Positions 59,930 to 64,000 of a stretch of DNA of 64,000 nucleotides are shown in pieces (within the stretch, counting starts at the first letter, position 1; each line of letters starts with the position of its first letter). Both the position numbers and the translations under genes were made by a program. Under the pieces are notes generated by a model. The model saw only the letters and a program-made list of their open reading frames with translations. It made no database searches and had not been told where the DNA came from. The DNA is from Pseudomonadota bacterium (GTDB lineage: Bacteria; Desulfobacterota; UBA8473), in the NCBI GenBank assembly GCA_043825855.1, contig JBDRRJ010000021.1, positions 2,938 through 66,937 on the forward strand, in the 5' to 3' direction.

Positions 59930-61204
59930 ATGAGAAAATTGTACCAGATGCTTATGATGGGCGCAATGGCCCATGCAAAGTGGGACTATGAAACCTCTAT
60001 GAATATTTTGAGAAGCAAGAAGAGGCGATGGATATTGATTTTGATGTTATTGCCAATTGTTTTAGGATCGATCGCTCTTGCTTCTTATGATCTCCCACCT
60101 ATCCTGGGAGGGAAGGAAGCTTATAGTCCTGCTTTCTATACCACATCCGTTTTTTTTGTTTCCATAGTCATCGGCCTGTGTGCCGGTTTGATTACCGGTG
60201 CTATTGGGGCTGGTGGTGGTTTTATAATCACGCCTGCGCTTATGAGTGCTGGGATAAAAGGTATCCTGGCTGTGGGGACCGATCTTTTCCACATCTTTGC
60301 CAAGGCTATTATGGGAACAGTGATTCATAAAAAATTGGGCAATGTATCGGTTGGCCTGGCTATTGCCTTTTTAGTTGGGTCTGGCCTGGGTGTTACAGGT
60401 GGTGGGGTGATAAACAGGACACTTTATGAAAAGAACCCTGTTTTGAGTGATACCTTTATCAGTGTTGTTTATGTCCTCTTATTGGGGTTCTTGGGTGTCT
60501 ATACCTTGATAGATTTTTTCCGGCTCAAGAAGATGGAGGAAGAGGTTGGAGCTCATATAGGGGAAAACCCTCATGGTGTCGAGATGGCCTCCGGGGATAA
60601 AGGTCTCCCCGCAAAGTTACAAGCTGCTAAAATCCCCCCCTTTATTGCCTTCGATCAGGATCTGACTCCAGGCGGCAAGAAGATTTCCGGGCTTTTTGTG
60701 GCTATGTGCGGTGCTATTGTTGGTTTTGTTGCATCAATAATGGGTGTAGGCGGAGGTTTCTTGACTTTTCCTATGTTCGTTTATATACTCGGAGTCTCTT
60801 CCTTTACTACAGTAGGAACAGATATTCTGCAGATCATATTTACCGCAGGTTACGCCGCTATTGCACAATACGCCATTTACGGCTTCGTTTTTTATACCCT
60901 GGCAATGGGAATGCTCCTGGGCTCCCTGATAGGAATTCAAGTCGGCGCACTCACCACCACTGTTGTGAAAGGAATCTATATCAGGGCTTTTTATGCTGTC
61001 GCTGTTATTGCTGGTTTCGTCAACAGGCTCTTTGCCCTTCCTGAAAAACTCATGGAAATGGAAATCCTTGACATCTCCAAAACTATGGGAGCAACTCTGA
61101 CCACTATCGGTAACTGGCTCTTTTTTATTGCTGTAGGTGTCTTTGCGGTCTGGGTAATAGGAAAGTTTCTCAGCAATATTAAGTTATTGAGAGGGGAGGT
61201 GTAG
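59930..61204 (+). CDS. TauE/SafE-family permease (second paralog)
   Basis: GAIGAGGGFIITP, AVGTDL, MGVGGGF, TVGTD. Confidence 0.9.
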   Translation: MRKLYQMLMMGAMAHAKWDYETSMNILRSKKRRWILILMLLPIVLGSIALASYDLPPILGGKEAYSPAFYTTSVFFVSIVIGLCAGLITGAIGAGGGFIITPALMSAGIKGILAVGTDLFHIFAKAIMGTVIHKKLGNVSVGLAIAFLVGSGLGVTGGGVINRTLYEKNPVLSDTFISVVYVLLLGFLGVYTLIDFFRLKKMEEEVGAHIGENPHGVEMASGDKGLPAKLQAAKIPPFIAFDQDLTPGGKKISGLFVAMCGAIVGFVASIMGVGGGFLTFPMFVYILGVSSFTTVGTDILQIIFTAGYAAIAQYAIYGFVFYTLAMGMLLGSLIGIQVGALTTTVVKGIYIRAFYAVAVIAGFVNRLFALPEKLMEMEILDISKTMGATLTTIGNWLFFIAVGVFAVWVIGKFLSNIKLLRGEV

Positions 61205-61208
61205 TACA

Positions 61209-61928
61209 ATGATAGTAGCAAATAAAAAGGAATTAACAAAGGGTCTTATTCTGACTGTCAGTTTCTTTGTTTCCCTGGGAATAATGTTTAGCCCCTTTTT
61301 TGGTGACGGGCACAACGCCTTCCAGGCTGCTGATAGGCTTTTCAACTCTATTGCCAAGGGTTCAACATACTACATCCCCAAAGTTCTAAAAGAAAACGAG
61401 GAGTATAAGGGCCACCGGGTTGACGCTGTTATTAAACTTGACAACGAAGAGATAACAAAAAAGGTAGAGCAGCTTTTCTCCTCAGCAGGTGCCTTGGTGA
61501 GTATGGCTGACAGTGAATCAAATCTTCTTAATATAAATGGTGACCTTGGCGGGATTTTAGAGGTAGCTATCAAAGATGCCGATGTTGTATTCTATAATCA
61601 GGGAGAAGAGATCGCCAAGAAATACGGCTTTCCGCAAAAAGAAGCTTTATTTATCTGGCATAAGGGATTCAAGGCACTTAACAAGGCACTGATAAAAGAG
61701 GAAAAATTCGCCGAGGCAGCCTGGTTGGAAGAGGTTACGAAGAAAACTGTTGAGGTTGCGTACAACTTCTATAAGATTGAACCAAGATCGGCATCTTCAA
61801 GTGCCGGTATTTTAAGCTTTTCGCTTGGCTTCTATGTTTTGTATACACTGTGGTGGGGTTATGCAATACTCTTCCTTTTTGAAGGGTTGGGGCTGAAGAT
61901 GACAGCGGGTCATAAAGAAGAGGTTTAA
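61209..61928 (+). CDS. hypothetical membrane protein (TauE-associated)
   Basis: N- and C-terminal TM, FNSIAKGSTYYIP, YTLWWG...FEGLGL. Confidence 0.8.
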   Translation: MIVANKKELTKGLILTVSFFVSLGIMFSPFFGDGHNAFQAADRLFNSIAKGSTYYIPKVLKENEEYKGHRVDAVIKLDNEEITKKVEQLFSSAGALVSMADSESNLLNINGDLGGILEVAIKDADVVFYNQGEEIAKKYGFPQKEALFIWHKGFKALNKALIKEEKFAEAAWLEEVTKKTVEVAYNFYKIEPRSASSSAGILSFSLGFYVLYTLWWGYAILFLFEGLGLKMTAGHKEEV

Positions 61929-61981
61929 TAGTTGATTATGAACCTTAACTGATAACTATTACAAAGAGGGGTAAGCTTTCT

Positions 61982-64000
61982 GTGCTTCCTTTCCTGAAGA
62001 AGATTTTTATCAGAGGAGTTCCCCCAGGGAAAGAACATTCTGTCTTTAACGTTGAGGAACTTCGCTCTACTTTCAAGGCCCGTTATCATAGTTTTAAACT
62101 CCTTCTCAATGCCAATAACAAGGCCCTGGAGATAATGGCCGATATAGAGCAGTTCCTTGCAGGGGAACACCCTTTTGGTATGTCCTTTATAAGGACAAAC
62201 TGTACAGCTTTGTCTGTCAATGTCTTCCGTATTGTCCAGAACCTTAATGAGATCGCCTCCGATAAATATCTGGAATTGTATGACAGATTCAGAGACATTG
62301 AGGGACACATCAATCAGACACTTTCCCGAAGAAGACTGCTAAAAGGTGACAGGCTTGTTATTTCACTTCGGGAAATAAACGGGGAGATGACCGATGAGGT
62401 AGGAAACAAGATGGCTGGACTGGGGGAAATAAAAAACCGTCTCCATCTCCCTACCCCGGAAGGCTTTGTAGTTACAGCCCTTGCCTATCAGAGATTTTTC
62501 ACACATAACGACCTTCAGACAGAGATTGACCGCCGCCTTCAGTCTTCCAGTGCGGAACAGATCGATCATCTCTATACCCTCAGCGCTGATATCCAGCAAC
62601 TTATTATACGGTCAAGCGTCCCCCCCGACCTTGAACAGGCAATCATGGAAGCATACAAAGGTATAGAACAGCAGGTCAGAGATGGAATAACAGTTTCTAT
62701 GCGCAGCAGTGCCCTGGCAGAAGATTCTCCTGGAACATCTTTTGCAGGGCAGTATCGTTCTGAACTGAATGTTAGTGCCGAAAATATTATACAGGCGTAT
62801 AAAGAGGTAGTCGCCAGCAAATACAGCCTGCAAGCAATGGCTTACAGATTGAACAGGGGGATTCGTGATGAAGATATTGACATGTGTGTTGGTAGTATGG
62901 TCATGATTGATGCGATGGCCGGCGGAGTCATCTACTCACGTAATCCGCTGGATGTAAAGGATGGTTCGATTTTAATAAATTCAGTCTGGGGACTGCCAAA
63001 ATCAGTGGTTGACGGCAGCGGGGCATCTGACCTGTTTGTCGTCTCAAGGGACGAAATGGCTGTGGTTAAAAAAGAGATCAGCAATAAGGAATATAAATTC
63101 GTCTGTTATCCTGAAGAAGGGGTATGCCGTCTGGATCTGGCAGGAGAAAAGGCTTCTTCTCCTTCCCTCACAGACGATCAGGCCTGCCAGCTTGCAAAGA
63201 TAGCAATTAAAATAGAAGAATACTACGGTTTCCCTCAGGACATTGAATGGGGCATTTCACACGATGGTTCCATATATATCATACAATCACGCCCGCTTAA
63301 ACAGTTTGGTTTAGAAGAAATAAATTCTGAAAGAATAGCGGAACCATTAGAGGAAGGCCCTGTTATCTTAGCAGGAGGGATAACGGCCTCTGCCGGTGTA
63401 GCGTCGGGTCCTGTTTTTATACTGAGAAAGGATATGGACACCCTTCAATTTCCAGAAGGGGCTGTAATGGTTATACGTCAGCCTTTACCGAGATGGGCTG
63501 CTCTGTTGAGCCGTGCAAAAGCTGTAATAGCTGAGGAAGGGACTTTTGCCGGCCATCTGGCGACCGTTGCAAGAGAATTTAATGTCCCCGCATTGTTCAG
63601 CATACCCGGGGTAACTGATAAGCTGAATAATGGCGATCTAATAACTGTAGATGCAGAGGGACGTAAAATCTATAAGGGATGTATTGAATCACTTTTAGTT
63701 GAGTCGGCGCATAAGAAAAGGTTTATGGAAGGCAGCCCTGTTTATGAGATACTCAAAGAGGTAAGCCAATATATAGTTCCCTTAAATCTTCTTGATCCGG
63801 ATTCCCCAAATTTTAAACCGAAAAAGTGCCAAACTTTCCATGATATTACCCGTTTTTCCCATGAAAAAGCTGTATGGGAGATGTTCAGCTTTGGTAAGGA
63901 GCATCATTTTTCAGAGCGTGCCAGTAAACAACTGATAGCTGACGTACCTATGCAGTTCTGGATAATTGATTTAGACGATGGTTTCAGGGAAGAGGTAAAG
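61982..64000 (+). CDS. PEP-synthase/pyruvate,water dikinase-like protein (3'-truncated by window)
   Basis: Not in ORF track because it has no stop in the window; GTG after AGAGGGG; VGNKMAGLGE, RSSALAED...SFAGQY, QDIEW, QSRP, GHLATVAREF phospho-His motif. Confidence 0.9.
   Translation, partial: MLPFLKKIFIRGVPPGKEHSVFNVEELRSTFKARYHSFKLLLNANNKALEIMADIEQFLAGEHPFGMSFIRTNCTALSVNVFRIVQNLNEIASDKYLELYDRFRDIEGHINQTLSRRRLLKGDRLVISLREINGEMTDEVGNKMAGLGEIKNRLHLPTPEGFVVTALAYQRFFTHNDLQTEIDRRLQSSSAEQIDHLYTLSADIQQLIIRSSVPPDLEQAIMEAYKGIEQQVRDGITVSMRSSALAEDSPGTSFAGQYRSELNVSAENIIQAYKEVVASKYSLQAMAYRLNRGIRDEDIDMCVGSMVMIDAMAGGVIYSRNPLDVKDGSILINSVWGLPKSVVDGSGASDLFVVSRDEMAVVKKEISNKEYKFVCYPEEGVCRLDLAGEKASSPSLTDDQACQLAKIAIKIEEYYGFPQDIEWGISHDGSIYIIQSRPLKQFGLEEINSERIAEPLEEGPVILAGGITASAGVASGPVFILRKDMDTLQFPEGAVMVIRQPLPRWAALLSRAKAVIAEEGTFAGHLATVAREFNVPALFSIPGVTDKLNNGDLITVDAEGRKIYKGCIESLLVESAHKKRFMEGSPVYEILKEVSQYIVPLNLLDPDSPNFKPKKCQTFHDITRFSHEKAVWEMFSFGKEHHFSERASKQLIADVPMQFWIIDLDDGFREEVK

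Noticed and set aside
1-64000. CRISPR arrays, tRNA/rRNA genes, intact transposases or integrases
   Set aside because: No regularly spaced repeats, cloverleaf signatures or recombinase motifs seen by eye

Overview
Low-GC chromosomal segment of an anaerobic Desulfobacterota/deltaproteobacterial-type organism (taxonomy inferred from gene content and order). 1-2.3 kb is a decaying accessory patch: an attC-like site, a GC-rich acyl-CoA dehydrogenase, a ParE-like toxin remnant and an internally deleted catalase. Next come argA-like/aroC and an unannotated 49-codon candidate membrane selenoprotein with an in-frame TGA and a SECIS-like hairpin. The core cluster secA-argJ-rpsB-tsf-pyrH-frr-(ferredoxin)-uppS-cdsA-dxr-rseP-tsaB-dapA follows, then a cyclophilin, an RND pair, a cassette-like gene string, rsmD-coaD-aminotransferase, nth and plsC. 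An HdrC-HdrB-FeS-flavoprotein operon resembles thiol:fumarate reductase, and a four-gene operon resembles class I benzoyl-CoA reductase. The last >22 kb is a sigma54-linked signalling/transport locus: a PAS-AAA activator, 3 paralogous sensor kinases, 1 kinase-like phosphotransferase, 8 stand-alone receivers, a shared 'FAEAG' peptide motif, a DASS transporter, an LCIB-type carbonic anhydrase, two TauE proteins and a PEP-synthase-like dikinase that runs off the window. I saw no rRNA, tRNA or CRISPR array. All family assignments come from motif recognition by eye, not database searches.
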